Assembly: GCA_965204735.1 (NCBI GenBank)
Contig: OZ242008.1
Coordinates: 3,936,001-4,000,000, forward strand
DNA length: 64,000 bases
DNA from: Longimicrobiales bacterium
GTDB taxonomy: Bacteria > Gemmatimonadota > Gemmatimonadetes > Longimicrobiales > Gaopeijiaceae
Direction of reading: 5' to 3'
Numbering within the stretch: position 1 is the stretch's first letter; every line of letters starts with the position of its first letter. Below are positions 19,396 to 27,883 of this stretch, in pieces. Under the pieces are notes generated by a model. The model ran no database searches. It worked only from the letters and a program-made list of their open reading frames with translations, and was not told the DNA's origin. A program made the position numbers and the translations under genes.

Positions 19396-20502
19396 TCAGG
19401 CCGCGAAGACCTCTCTGCGAACGGTCAGCGTCTCGATGCGTTCCATGCGCGGTCGCACGCCGATCCCCGGCCCGTCGGGCACTGGCATCAACCCGTTTTC
19501 CATCTTGAACTCGGGCTCGACGACGTCTTCCGCCCAGTAGCGCTTCGATTCGGAGATGTCGCCCGGCAAGGTGAAGCCCGGCAACGTCGCCAGCGCAATG
19601 TTGTGCGCCCGGCCGATTCCCGACTCCAGCATCCCGCCGCACCACACGGGCCACCCCGCGCCCACGCACAGGTCGTGCACGGCCTTCGAAGAAGCGAGTC
19701 CGCCGACCCTTCCGGGCTTGATGTTGACGATCCGCCCAGCCTTCAGGTGGAGAGCCAAGCGCGCATCTTCCGGCGAGCGCACCGACTCGTCCAGGCAAAC
19801 GGGCGTCTCGATTCGTCGCTGAAGCTCCGCATGGTCCATCATGTCGTCGTGGGAGAGGGGCTGTTCGATCATCATGAGGTCGAAGTCGTCCATCTCGCGC
19901 AGCCGCGACAGGTCGTCCGGCAAGCGGTAGGCCGAGTTTGCGTCCGCCATGATCGGCGCTTCCGGAAAGCGGTCGCGCACCGCCCGCAGCACCTCCACGT
20001 CGCGCTCCGGCTTGATCTTGATCTTGATCTTCCGGTATCCCTCTTCCAGGTAGCCGTCCACCTTGCGCAAGAGCGCCTCAGCGGACCTCTGGATGCCAAT
20101 CGAAACGCCCACGGGAAGGGCGGCGGCGCTGCCTCCCAGCAGCAACGCCAGCGACACGCCTCTGCGCTTCGCTTCCAGGTCCCAGCCCGCCATCTCCACG
20201 GTCGCGCGAGCCATGGGATGGCCGCGTAGCCACGGGGCCGGACGCAGAGCCCGAAGGTCGTCCGCTTCTCCTGCCACCAGTGCAGGCAAGAGCCACCGGG
20301 TCAGCACGTGCCACGCCGTGTCGGTGGTTTCGTACGAATAGCCCGGCGTCTCTCCGGCCACGCACTCCGACCAACCTTCGACGCCTTCAGCCTCCAGCGT
20401 CAGGAGAAGCACGCGCCTGGCCTTGGTGCCCCCGCTGCTGATCTCGAAGCGCTCCTTGAGCTCCAGCGGAAGCTCCCTGAGCACAGCCCGTCGGATCTTC
20501 AA
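19396..20502 (-). CDS. menC: N-succinylamino acid racemase / o-succinylbenzoate synthase (enolase superfamily)
   Basis: KIKIK, DANSAY, IEQP, CLDES, NIKPGRVGG, WCGGMLESGIGRA, PGDIS, typical of the NSAR/OSBS subfamily. Confidence 0.88.
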   Translation of the reverse strand: MKIRRAVLRELPLELKERFEISSGGTKARRVLLLTLEAEGVEGWSECVAGETPGYSYETTDTAWHVLTRWLLPALVAGEADDLRALRPAPWLRGHPMARATVEMAGWDLEAKRRGVSLALLLGGSAAALPVGVSIGIQRSAEALLRKVDGYLEEGYRKIKIKIKPERDVEVLRAVRDRFPEAPIMADANSAYRLPDDLSRLREMDDFDLMMIEQPLSHDDMMDHAELQRRIETPVCLDESVRSPEDARLALHLKAGRIVNIKPGRVGGLASSKAVHDLCVGAGWPVWCGGMLESGIGRAHNIALATLPGFTLPGDISESKRYWAEDVVEPEFKMENGLMPVPDGPGIGVRPRMERIETLTVRREVFAA

Positions 20503-20568
20503 CGAGTTGCACGCCTCTTTGCGCGCCGACGACGCTCGCGTCGCAAGCTGGCGCCCGGCGTCAGCTTG

Positions 20569-21069
20569 TCAGCTTGCGGCCTTGCCTTGGGACCCCTTGG
20601 CCTCGGCCTTCTTGGCCGCCTTCGCCGTGATGCCGCGCCGGCGCCGAACCGAGTGGATGCCGGTCGACAGCGACGTGGGAGACGAGGACTTGACGCCACC
20701 CATGATGAGGGCGTCCCGGATCTGGGGCACCGTGTACTTGTCGCCGAACTCGTTGACGAACTTGTCGTACGCCTTCGTCGGCCCCATGCCCCGGTAGTGG
20801 TTCGTCGGGACTTCGGGGTGCCCTGCGCCGGCGCTCTTCCTCCGCTTCTTGGCGGGAGCCTTGACCTTGCGCCTGACGACCTTGCGCTTGGCGGGCTTGC
20901 GGCGGCGGACGGGCTTCCGTGCCGGGGCGCGCGTGGCCGGTGCGGCGGCCACCAGCTCCTTCAGGGCTTCGACGGCCGCCCGAAGGGCTGCGCCACGGGC
21001 ATCGTGGCTCGCCAGCTCGGCTTCCGCCTGCTTGAGGGCGACTTCGTACTCGCTGCGGGATGTTGCCAT
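20569..21069 (-). CDS. Lys/Arg-rich putative nucleoid-associated DNA-binding protein
   Basis: N-terminal coiled coil, histone H1-like KPAKRK/KAPAKK linker, small globular C-terminal domain, AKAAKK tail. Strong AAGGAGG RBS. Confidence 0.75.
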   Translation of the reverse strand: MATSRSEYEVALKQAEAELASHDARGAALRAAVEALKELVAAAPATRAPARKPVRRRKPAKRKVVRRKVKAPAKKRRKSAGAGHPEVPTNHYRGMGPTKAYDKFVNEFGDKYTVPQIRDALIMGGVKSSSPTSLSTGIHSVRRRRGITAKAAKKAEAKGSQGKAAS

Positions 21070-21141
21070 TTGATCAGTTTCCTCCTTGAGCCTGATCCGG
21101 TGCTAAGGGTTCGTCCTGCCTCCGAACTGCTGAATGAAATG

Positions 21142-21170
21142 AAGCTAGCACCGTCGCACAAAGACGGCAA
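21142..21170 (-). promoter_or_regulatory. Sigma70-type promoter with extended -10 for the basic protein gene
   Basis: Minus strand TTGCCG-N17-TAGCTT with TGn before the -10. A CCGTC-N7-GACGG palindrome (21151-21167) lies in the spacer and overlaps the -35. Confidence 0.55.
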
Positions 21171-21226
21171 GGACGACCTTCCTCCAGCCGTCAAGACAGT
21201 GGCGACCCGGGGGCAGGGGCGATGCG

Positions 21227-22378
21227 TCACAACGTAGCAAAGAGAGCCGCCATCAAGGCAATGCGCCGAGGAACGTCCTCCGCCAAGACGTGTTCGTGCA
21301 AAGTGTGGGCGCCTCCGCCGTCCGGTCCCAGGCCGTCCAGGGTCGGACAGCCGGCGGCCGCAGTGAGGTTGCCGTCGCTGCCGCCGCCGGTTTCGCCCTC
21401 CTCCAACGCGAGCCCCTGGCCGCGCGCCGCTTCGCGAGCCTTCGCGAACAACCGGGCCGACTCCGGCGTCCGTTCCAGGGCGCCGCGGTTCAAGCCTCCC
21501 TCCAACCGCAACGAACACTTCTCGTCTTGGGGCGCCAGGGAACGCAGCTCCGCGTCCACTCGCCTGCCTTCCGTCGATTCCCAGAAGCGCACGTCGATGC
21601 TGCACCGGGCGGCGTCGGCGACCACGTTGCCCCGGGTGCCGCCGGAGATCACGCCCACGTTCACGGTGGTCCCCCGGGCGACGTCGGCCAAGCTGGACGC
21701 GCGAACGACCTGGCGGGCGATCTCGTGCACTGCGCTGGCTCCCTTGTCGGGCTCGATGCCGGCGTGGGCCGCCTTGCCCGCAACAGTCAGCGCGTAGTCG
21801 GCCACGCCTTTGCGCCGGGTCTTGGCGGCTCCGCCGGGCACGCACGGCTCCATCACCAACGCCGCTCGCGACCGGCGAGCCTCGCGTTCCACAAGCGCTC
21901 GCGAGGTGGGCGACCCGACCTCTTCGTCGCACGTCGCCAGAAAGGAAAGACCGTGGCGCGGCGGCGTCCCCACCTCGGCGAGGATGCGCAGGGCCGAGAC
22001 CGACACGGCCAAGCCCGCCTTCATGTCGTAGACGCCCGGTCCCCAGACGTTTCCGTCGCTCTCCGAGAACGGGAAGCGGGCCAACGTGCCCTTGGGGTGG
22101 ACCGTGTCCGTGTGCCCGACAACCAGCAGCGGCGCGGCGGCACGGTTGCCGGACGGGGCGGGGAAGCGGGCGACCAAGTGCGTGCCCATCCCGGGCGCAG
22201 GCACGCGCTCCACCACGCCTCCGGCTTGCGCGAGCGCGTCTTGCAGCGTCGATGCGATCCGCAGGGAAGCTTCTTCGTCGCCCGTCGGCGACTCGATCCG
22301 GCTCAAGGCGGCGAGAAGGTCCATGCACTCGGCTGCTCGCTGCTCGCCCGCAACGCGGTAGTCGGCAAGTCGGGTCAC
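21227..22378 (-). CDS. M20-family peptidase (carboxypeptidase G2 / desuccinylase-like)
   Basis: GHTDTV, GPGVYDMKAG, DEEVGS, GKAAHAG, GGGSDGN, DGLGPDGGGAH. GTGA overlap with the glcF stop. Confidence 0.92.
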   Translation of the reverse strand: MTRLADYRVAGEQRAAECMDLLAALSRIESPTGDEEASLRIASTLQDALAQAGGVVERVPAPGMGTHLVARFPAPSGNRAAAPLLVVGHTDTVHPKGTLARFPFSESDGNVWGPGVYDMKAGLAVSVSALRILAEVGTPPRHGLSFLATCDEEVGSPTSRALVEREARRSRAALVMEPCVPGGAAKTRRKGVADYALTVAGKAAHAGIEPDKGASAVHEIARQVVRASSLADVARGTTVNVGVISGGTRGNVVADAARCSIDVRFWESTEGRRVDAELRSLAPQDEKCSLRLEGGLNRGALERTPESARLFAKAREAARGQGLALEEGETGGGSDGNLTAAAGCPTLDGLGPDGGGAHTLHEHVLAEDVPRRIALMAALFATL

Positions 22379-23694
22379 GAGTCGTGGTACCAGCCGGCGC
22401 GACGGTAGCTTTCGTCCAGCAGCTCCACCGGATGAAGGACGGGCAGCGGGCGTCCGTCGAGACGCAGCATCGCTCCAATTTGCATCATGCAGCCCGGGTT
22501 GGCCGTGAGGACGGCGTCGGCGCCCGTGGCCGCGACGCTCTTCGCCTTGTCGCCGCCGATTCGGCTCCCCAGCTCCTTTTGCGTGATTCCGTAGAGCCCC
22601 GCCCCTCCGCAGCACTCGGCGGCGTTGGGCAGGGGCAGCGCTTGCAGGCCGGCAACCGCGGCCAGGACGGCTTCCGGGGCGGACTCCACGCCTTGGGCGT
22701 GAAGGAGGTGGCAAGGGGCGTCGCAGGTGGCAGCCAGGGGAACGGGCGCGCCGGGCGCCGGGCCGCGTTCCGCCAGCAGCTGGGACACGTCGCGGCTTCG
22801 GGCGGCGACGTCGGTCGCGCGACGGGCGTAGGCGGGGTCGCCGGAGAGAAGGGTCCCGTACTCCGCGACGGCGGCGCCGCAGCCCGAGGCGTTCATGGCC
22901 AGGTAGTCGACGCCCGCTGCGGCAAAGGCGTCGATGTTCTTGCGCGCCATCTTCCGGGCGGTCTCCAGGTCGCCGGCGTGCGCGTGGAGGGCGCCGCAGC
23001 ACCCCTGGCCGGGCACCGTCGCCACGTCGTAGCCGTTGGCTCGCAGGACGCGAACGGTGGCTCGGTTGACGCGGGAGAAGAGGCCGTCCTGCACGCACCC
23101 CAGCAGGACGCCGACGGTTGCAGGGCGGCGCGGCGGGGGCGGGCGCTCCGCGGGGCTGGCCGAGCTGGGGGGTTGGGGTTCCGGCAGACGCGACGGCGCC
23201 GAGGCCGCGAGCATCGCCATCCCCAGCCGGAAGCGGCCGGGCGGGCCGGTCCGGGGGCCTAGCCGGACGACGACGGCAGCGAGCTTGGTCGCGCGGAGGA
23301 GGCGGGCCGCAAGCATCGCCGGACGGGCCAGCCAGGGCGAGGCAAGGGTGCGGAGCACGAGACGGGAGAAGGGCGACGGCGGCCGGGCCTCTCTGCCTAC
23401 GTGACGGGCAAGCTCCAGCAGGTGGCCGTAGGGGACTCCCGACGGGCACACCGGCTCGCACGCCCTGCACCCCAGGCAGCGGTCGATGTGGGTCCGGAAG
23501 CCGTCGGAGCTCGGGTCGAGGCGGCCCTCGACGACCGCCTGCATCAGGTAGAGGCGGCCTCGGGGCGAGTCGGCCTCGTCGCCGAGACGACGGTAGGTGG
23601 GACAGGCCGGCAGGCAGAAGCCGCAGTGCACGCACGCCAGGAGCCCTTCTTCCTGCTCCGCGACGGCTTGGGCCAGCGAGGCGGCGGCGCTCAC
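22375..23694 (-). CDS. glcF: Glycolate oxidase iron-sulfur subunit GlcF-like
   Basis: CVHCGFCLPACPTY, SPRGR, CLGCRACEPVCPSGV, CCGAL, CCGGAG, NPGC (CCG domains). Confidence 0.9.
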   Translation of the reverse strand: MSAAASLAQAVAEQEEGLLACVHCGFCLPACPTYRRLGDEADSPRGRLYLMQAVVEGRLDPSSDGFRTHIDRCLGCRACEPVCPSGVPYGHLLELARHVGREARPPSPFSRLVLRTLASPWLARPAMLAARLLRATKLAAVVVRLGPRTGPPGRFRLGMAMLAASAPSRLPEPQPPSSASPAERPPPPRRPATVGVLLGCVQDGLFSRVNRATVRVLRANGYDVATVPGQGCCGALHAHAGDLETARKMARKNIDAFAAAGVDYLAMNASGCGAAVAEYGTLLSGDPAYARRATDVAARSRDVSQLLAERGPAPGAPVPLAATCDAPCHLLHAQGVESAPEAVLAAVAGLQALPLPNAAECCGGAGLYGITQKELGSRIGGDKAKSVAATGADAVLTANPGCMMQIGAMLRLDGRPLPVLHPVELLDESYRRAGWYHDS

Positions 23695-26483
23695 GGGCGC
23701 TTCCCCGCGAAGACCGAGCCCGGATCGAACAGAGCCTTGAGCCGCCGCGTCAAGCGGTCCTCGGCGGCCGCCGGCGGGGAGCCGGTGCACCACCCCACGC
23801 GCGCCACCAGCGCGCGGGGCGCCTTCTCCAGGACCAGCGTCCCGCCCGCCTCCTCGACTTCGGCGCGCAGGCGCGTCACTTCGGAGCTCCGACGGTCGGT
23901 CCACGACCCCTTCGCCCGCGCGACCCCGGCCGCTGCGTCGGCGCACACCCGGCCCCCGTCCAGCCAGTCGGCTGCGCGACGGGCCCAGCCCAGCGCGCGA
24001 TCCAGCTGCGAGGGCAGGGCGCTCGCTCGGGCAACGAACTGCGCGTCGTCTTCCCAGCGGGTGCGTTCCTCGTGGAAGGCGTCGCTCTCGCCGTCGCGCA
24101 GCAGTCGGCGGGGCGGGGTCCCCGCAACTGCAGCGAGTTGGCCGCAGAGCGCGTCCACCTCCGCCGGAGTGCCGCCGAGGCGCACCGCCACCGTCGCTTC
24201 AGCGCGAGCGGGGGCACCGTTCGTCCGCCCGCTTCCGCCCTCCGTCCACAGCTCCACCGCCAGGGGAGGCGGCAGGGGAGCCGTGCACACGGCCCGGGCG
24301 GTCGCCACCGCGTCGGCCGGCGCGACCTGGAAGAGAAGGGTCGCCGAGGACGCCGGACGCGGGAAGAGCCGGACCGACGCTTCGGTGACGATCCCCAGGC
24401 TCCCTCGGCTTCCCGTCGCCAGGCGGACCAGGTCGTACCCCGCGACGTTCTTCACCACGCGGCCGCCCAGCCGCAGTCGTCGCCCTTCTCCCGTGACGAG
24501 CTCCAGCCCCAGCACGTTGTCCCGCACGCCACCGTAGCGGGCGCGAAGCGGCCCCGAGGCCCCGCACGCGACGATCCCGCCCAGCGTCCCCTTCCGGATG
24601 CCCGGGGGGTCTGCCGGCAGCCACTGGCCGTGCGGCGCCAAGCGGGCCGCCAGCTCGTCCCAGCCCAGCCCGGCGCCGGCGGTGATCGTCAGGTCGGCGG
24701 GTTCGTAGTGGCGGACCGCGTTCATGCGCGCTGTCGACACCGCCACGTCGGCCTCCCTCGCCCATCCCCCCGCCCGCAGCCAAGTACCCCGTCCCGCCGG
24801 AACGAGCCGGACCCCGGCCGCCGCCGCGGCGCGAACCGTCTCCTGCACCTCCTCCACCGTCTCGGGAAAGACGACGGCTTCCACCGGAACGCCCGCCGAC
24901 CATCGTCGAGCGGCCTCGCCGGCGAGGAGGCGCTCCGACGGGTACGGCCCCAGGACGCCCGTCAACCGGTCTCCCTTCGGTGGGCGGCCCGCGGTCTCCC
25001 GGCCCGCGGACCCTGGGCTTCCGCGCCCGATCGACGAGGGTCGGTCCGCCGTCTCTCTGTTCGGCGACCCCTGGGTCCCGCTCGCCCCGGCCGGCTCCGA
25101 GTCGTCGGGGAGCACCTTGCCGGGGTTCATCACGCCGTCCGGGTCGAAGGCCCGGCGCGCGCCCCACATCGTCCGCAGCTCCTCGGGGCCGCACACCAAG
25201 GACATGTAGCCCTTCTTGTCCAGCCCCACGCCGTGCTCGCCGGTGATCGTCCCGCCGGCGTCGATGCACAGCCGCATGATCTCCTTCGACGCCGCCTCGA
25301 CCCGGTCTCGCTCGCCGGCGTCTCGGCGGTCGAAGAGGATGTTGGGGTGCAGGTTTCCGTCGCCGGCATGAAAGACGTTGGCGACGAGGAGGTCGAAGCG
25401 CTTCGCCGTCTCGCCGATCCCCTTCAGCACTTCGGGCAGGCGCGTCCGAGGCACGGTGGCGTCCTGCACCATCAGGTCGGGGGCGAGCCGCCCCATCGCG
25501 CCGAACGCCTTCTTCCGCCCCTTCCAGAGGGCCGTCCGCTCCGCCTCGCTGCGGGCCCGCCGGACTTCGCGAGCCCCCGCCTCTTCGCACAGCGCGGCCG
25601 ACCGGTCCGCGTCCTGGTCCAGTCCCGCTTCCGGCCCGTCGAACTCCACCACCAGGGCGGCCTCGGCGTCCGTGGGGTACCCAGCGGCGAACACGCTGTC
25701 CTCCACCGCCCGGATCGTCGGCCCGTCGACGATCTCCATCGCCGCCGGCAGGAGCCCCGCTCCGAACACCGCGGAGACGGCGCGCCCCGCGTCCTCGATC
25801 CGGTCGAAGATCGCCAGCAGCGTGCGCACGCCCTCTGCGACCGGGAGCAGCCCCACCTCGATCTCGACGGCGATTCCGAAGCAGCCCTCGGAGCCCACGA
25901 AGAGGCCCCGGAGGTCGTAGCCGGAGGCGTCTCCGCCTGCGCCCCCGAAGCGGGCCGTCGACCCGTCGGGAAGGACCACGGTCACTCCTTCGACCCAGCG
26001 CGAGGTGACGCCCCACTTGAGGCAGTGGGGGCCCCCGGAGTTCTCGGCCACGTTGCCGCCGATCGTGCACGCGGTCTGGGAGGACGGGTCCGGCGGGTAG
26101 CAGAGGCCGTGGGGCGCGGCGGCGACCGAGAGATCGGCGTTGACGACGCCCGGCTGAAGGACGGCCCGGCGGTTCTCCGGATCGATCTCCAGGATGCGGT
26201 TCATTCGCGCGGTGCCGACGACGACGGCGCCCTCCAGAGCCGCCGCGCCGCCCGACAGTCCCGTTCCAGCGCCCCGGGGAACGACCGGCAACCCATGATC
26301 CGCGATCGCCGTCACCGAGCGGCGCACTTCTTCGGCAGTGCGGGGGAGCACGACGGCGCCGGGCCGGTTGCGGTAGGCGGTCAGGCCGTCGGATTCGTAG
26401 ACGAGCAGGCGGTCGCGCTCGACGACGACGCCGTCCCGCCCGCAAACGTCGACGAGGGAGGCGGCCAAGCTGTCCGGGATCAT
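23691..26483 (-). CDS. glcD: Fused GlcD-GlcE FAD-linked oxidase
   Basis: N-half: PRGAGTGLSGG, PDPSSQ, TIGGNVAENSGG, HAGDGNLHP, TGEHGVG, MNPGK. C-half: YEPADLT, TLGG, GGRVVKNVAGYDL, LKALFDP. No stop between the halves. Confidence 0.9.
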   Translation of the reverse strand: MIPDSLAASLVDVCGRDGVVVERDRLLVYESDGLTAYRNRPGAVVLPRTAEEVRRSVTAIADHGLPVVPRGAGTGLSGGAAALEGAVVVGTARMNRILEIDPENRRAVLQPGVVNADLSVAAAPHGLCYPPDPSSQTACTIGGNVAENSGGPHCLKWGVTSRWVEGVTVVLPDGSTARFGGAGGDASGYDLRGLFVGSEGCFGIAVEIEVGLLPVAEGVRTLLAIFDRIEDAGRAVSAVFGAGLLPAAMEIVDGPTIRAVEDSVFAAGYPTDAEAALVVEFDGPEAGLDQDADRSAALCEEAGAREVRRARSEAERTALWKGRKKAFGAMGRLAPDLMVQDATVPRTRLPEVLKGIGETAKRFDLLVANVFHAGDGNLHPNILFDRRDAGERDRVEAASKEIMRLCIDAGGTITGEHGVGLDKKGYMSLVCGPEELRTMWGARRAFDPDGVMNPGKVLPDDSEPAGASGTQGSPNRETADRPSSIGRGSPGSAGRETAGRPPKGDRLTGVLGPYPSERLLAGEAARRWSAGVPVEAVVFPETVEEVQETVRAAAAAGVRLVPAGRGTWLRAGGWAREADVAVSTARMNAVRHYEPADLTITAGAGLGWDELAARLAPHGQWLPADPPGIRKGTLGGIVACGASGPLRARYGGVRDNVLGLELVTGEGRRLRLGGRVVKNVAGYDLVRLATGSRGSLGIVTEASVRLFPRPASSATLLFQVAPADAVATARAVCTAPLPPPLAVELWTEGGSGRTNGAPARAEATVAVRLGGTPAEVDALCGQLAAVAGTPPRRLLRDGESDAFHEERTRWEDDAQFVARASALPSQLDRALGWARRAADWLDGGRVCADAAAGVARAKGSWTDRRSSEVTRLRAEVEEAGGTLVLEKAPRALVARVGWCTGSPPAAAEDRLTRRLKALFDPGSVFAGKRP

Positions 26484-27214
26484 GGGCTCATCCTACCGGT
26501 CGAAAGGTGCTCCAGCATCCCTTCGACGCCGGCGACGGCCATTTCGAAGACCCCGGAGGGAAGCGGGCCGTAGACGTGGCGGACCACCTGGCGCGCGTCG
26601 TGGGGCACGCCGTCGGCCAACGCTTGGCGGACCTGGGCGATGCGCTCCAGGCGGTGGCGTCGGAAGCGGGACACGGCGTCGGCGGGGTCCGACAGCGGAT
26701 CGCCGTGGCCGGGGTAGAGGACGCGGGCGCCCAGGGACTCCAGCCGGTCCAGCGAGGCCAAGTAGTCGGCGACGCCGCCTGGGTACTCGCCGATCCAGGT
26801 GGTGTCTCCCCGGCCCAGAACCAAGTCGCCGGTGAACGCGGCGCCGTGCTCCGGCAGGTAGTAGCAGTAGTGGCGCCTCGCGTGCCCCGGGGTGAAGACG
26901 GCGACGATCGGCCCCGCGCTCGTGTCGATCGCTGCGCCGTCCCCAGGGTCCAAGCCCTCCCCGGCGTCCGGCCGGTCGTCGAGGCGAGCCGTTCTTGCGC
27001 CGGCGCGACGGGCCAGCTCTTCCGCGCCCGCCGCGTGGTCGGGGTGGTCGTGGGTCAGCAGGATCGTCGCCCGTTCGGCGCCGTCCAGCGCGTCGGCGAT
27101 CGCGGAGAGGTGGGCGGGGTCGGCAGGCCCCGGGTCGATCACGGCGACCGGGTCGACGCCCACCAAGTAGGTGCGGGTGCCGTCGAGGGTGAAGGGGCCT
27201 GGGTTGGGCGCCAG
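26480..27214 (-). CDS. Metallo-beta-lactamase-fold hydrolase (LACTB2-like); start codon problematic
   Basis: LAPNPGPFTLDGTRTY, IDPGP, THDHPDH, TPGH, FTGD, YPGHG. The first canonical start (27166) lies downstream of the conserved N-terminal motif; an in-frame CTG is at 27214. Confidence 0.85.
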   Translation of the reverse strand: MAPNPGPFTLDGTRTYLVGVDPVAVIDPGPADPAHLSAIADALDGAERATILLTHDHPDHAAGAEELARRAGARTARLDDRPDAGEGLDPGDGAAIDTSAGPIVAVFTPGHARRHYCYYLPEHGAAFTGDLVLGRGDTTWIGEYPGGVADYLASLDRLESLGARVLYPGHGDPLSDPADAVSRFRRHRLERIAQVRQALADGVPHDARQVVRHVYGPLPSGVFEMAVAGVEGMLEHLSTGRMSP

Positions 27215-27281
27215 GAGACAGCGGACTGCTCCGGCGGCGTCGGCGAGGCGCTCGCCGGCCGGCCCGGCCGCCCTTGAGGCG

Positions 27282-27752
27282 CTACCGGCGCTCGCGGGCG
27301 ATCTGCTCCGCCAACTTGTCGGCGATCATCTGGACCGCGACTTCGTCCTTGTCGTCGAACGCCGCTGGCTGGTACGAGTCGATGTCGATCTGGCCGAAGA
27401 TGCGGCTCCCCGCCCGGATGAGGACGACCAGCTCGGACTTCACGTCGTCGCTGCACGACAGATAGCCCTCGAAGGCGGTCACGTCGGGCACGTTCTGGTT
27501 GGCCCCGTGGGCCACCGCGGTTCCGCACACGCCCTGTCCCACGGGAATCTTGGCGTGCTCGGTCTGGGCGCCTACGTAGTTGTGCAGCCAGAGCTCGGCG
27601 CCTTCGGTGTCCAGAAGGTACACTCCCACCCAGTTGTTGCGGGCGTCGGCCTTGTAGAGCTTCTTCACGGCGTGGCGGAGGAGGGCGTCGGAGAGGTAGC
27701 CCTCGTCTCTCATTTCCTGGATCTCTTCAATGACGGAGCGGGCGTCGATCAT
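27282..27752 (-). CDS. GAF-domain protein, free methionine-R-sulfoxide reductase (MsrC/YebR)-like
   Basis: NWVGVYL, IPVGQGVCGTA, VPDV, YLSC, SELVV, IDIDS. Confidence 0.85.
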   Translation of the reverse strand: MIDARSVIEEIQEMRDEGYLSDALLRHAVKKLYKADARNNWVGVYLLDTEGAELWLHNYVGAQTEHAKIPVGQGVCGTAVAHGANQNVPDVTAFEGYLSCSDDVKSELVVLIRAGSRIFGQIDIDSYQPAAFDDKDEVAVQMIADKLAEQIARERR

Positions 27753-27883
27753 GGGCTCTCCCGGCCGTGCGGGTTGCGATCAGGTGCGCTGCGGGGTCCG
27801 AATATAGCCAACTCTCCTCCGCCCGGAAGGCCCGGAAGACGATCTCGGGCACGCGCCCGGGGCGGGGCGACCGTCGCCGGCTC

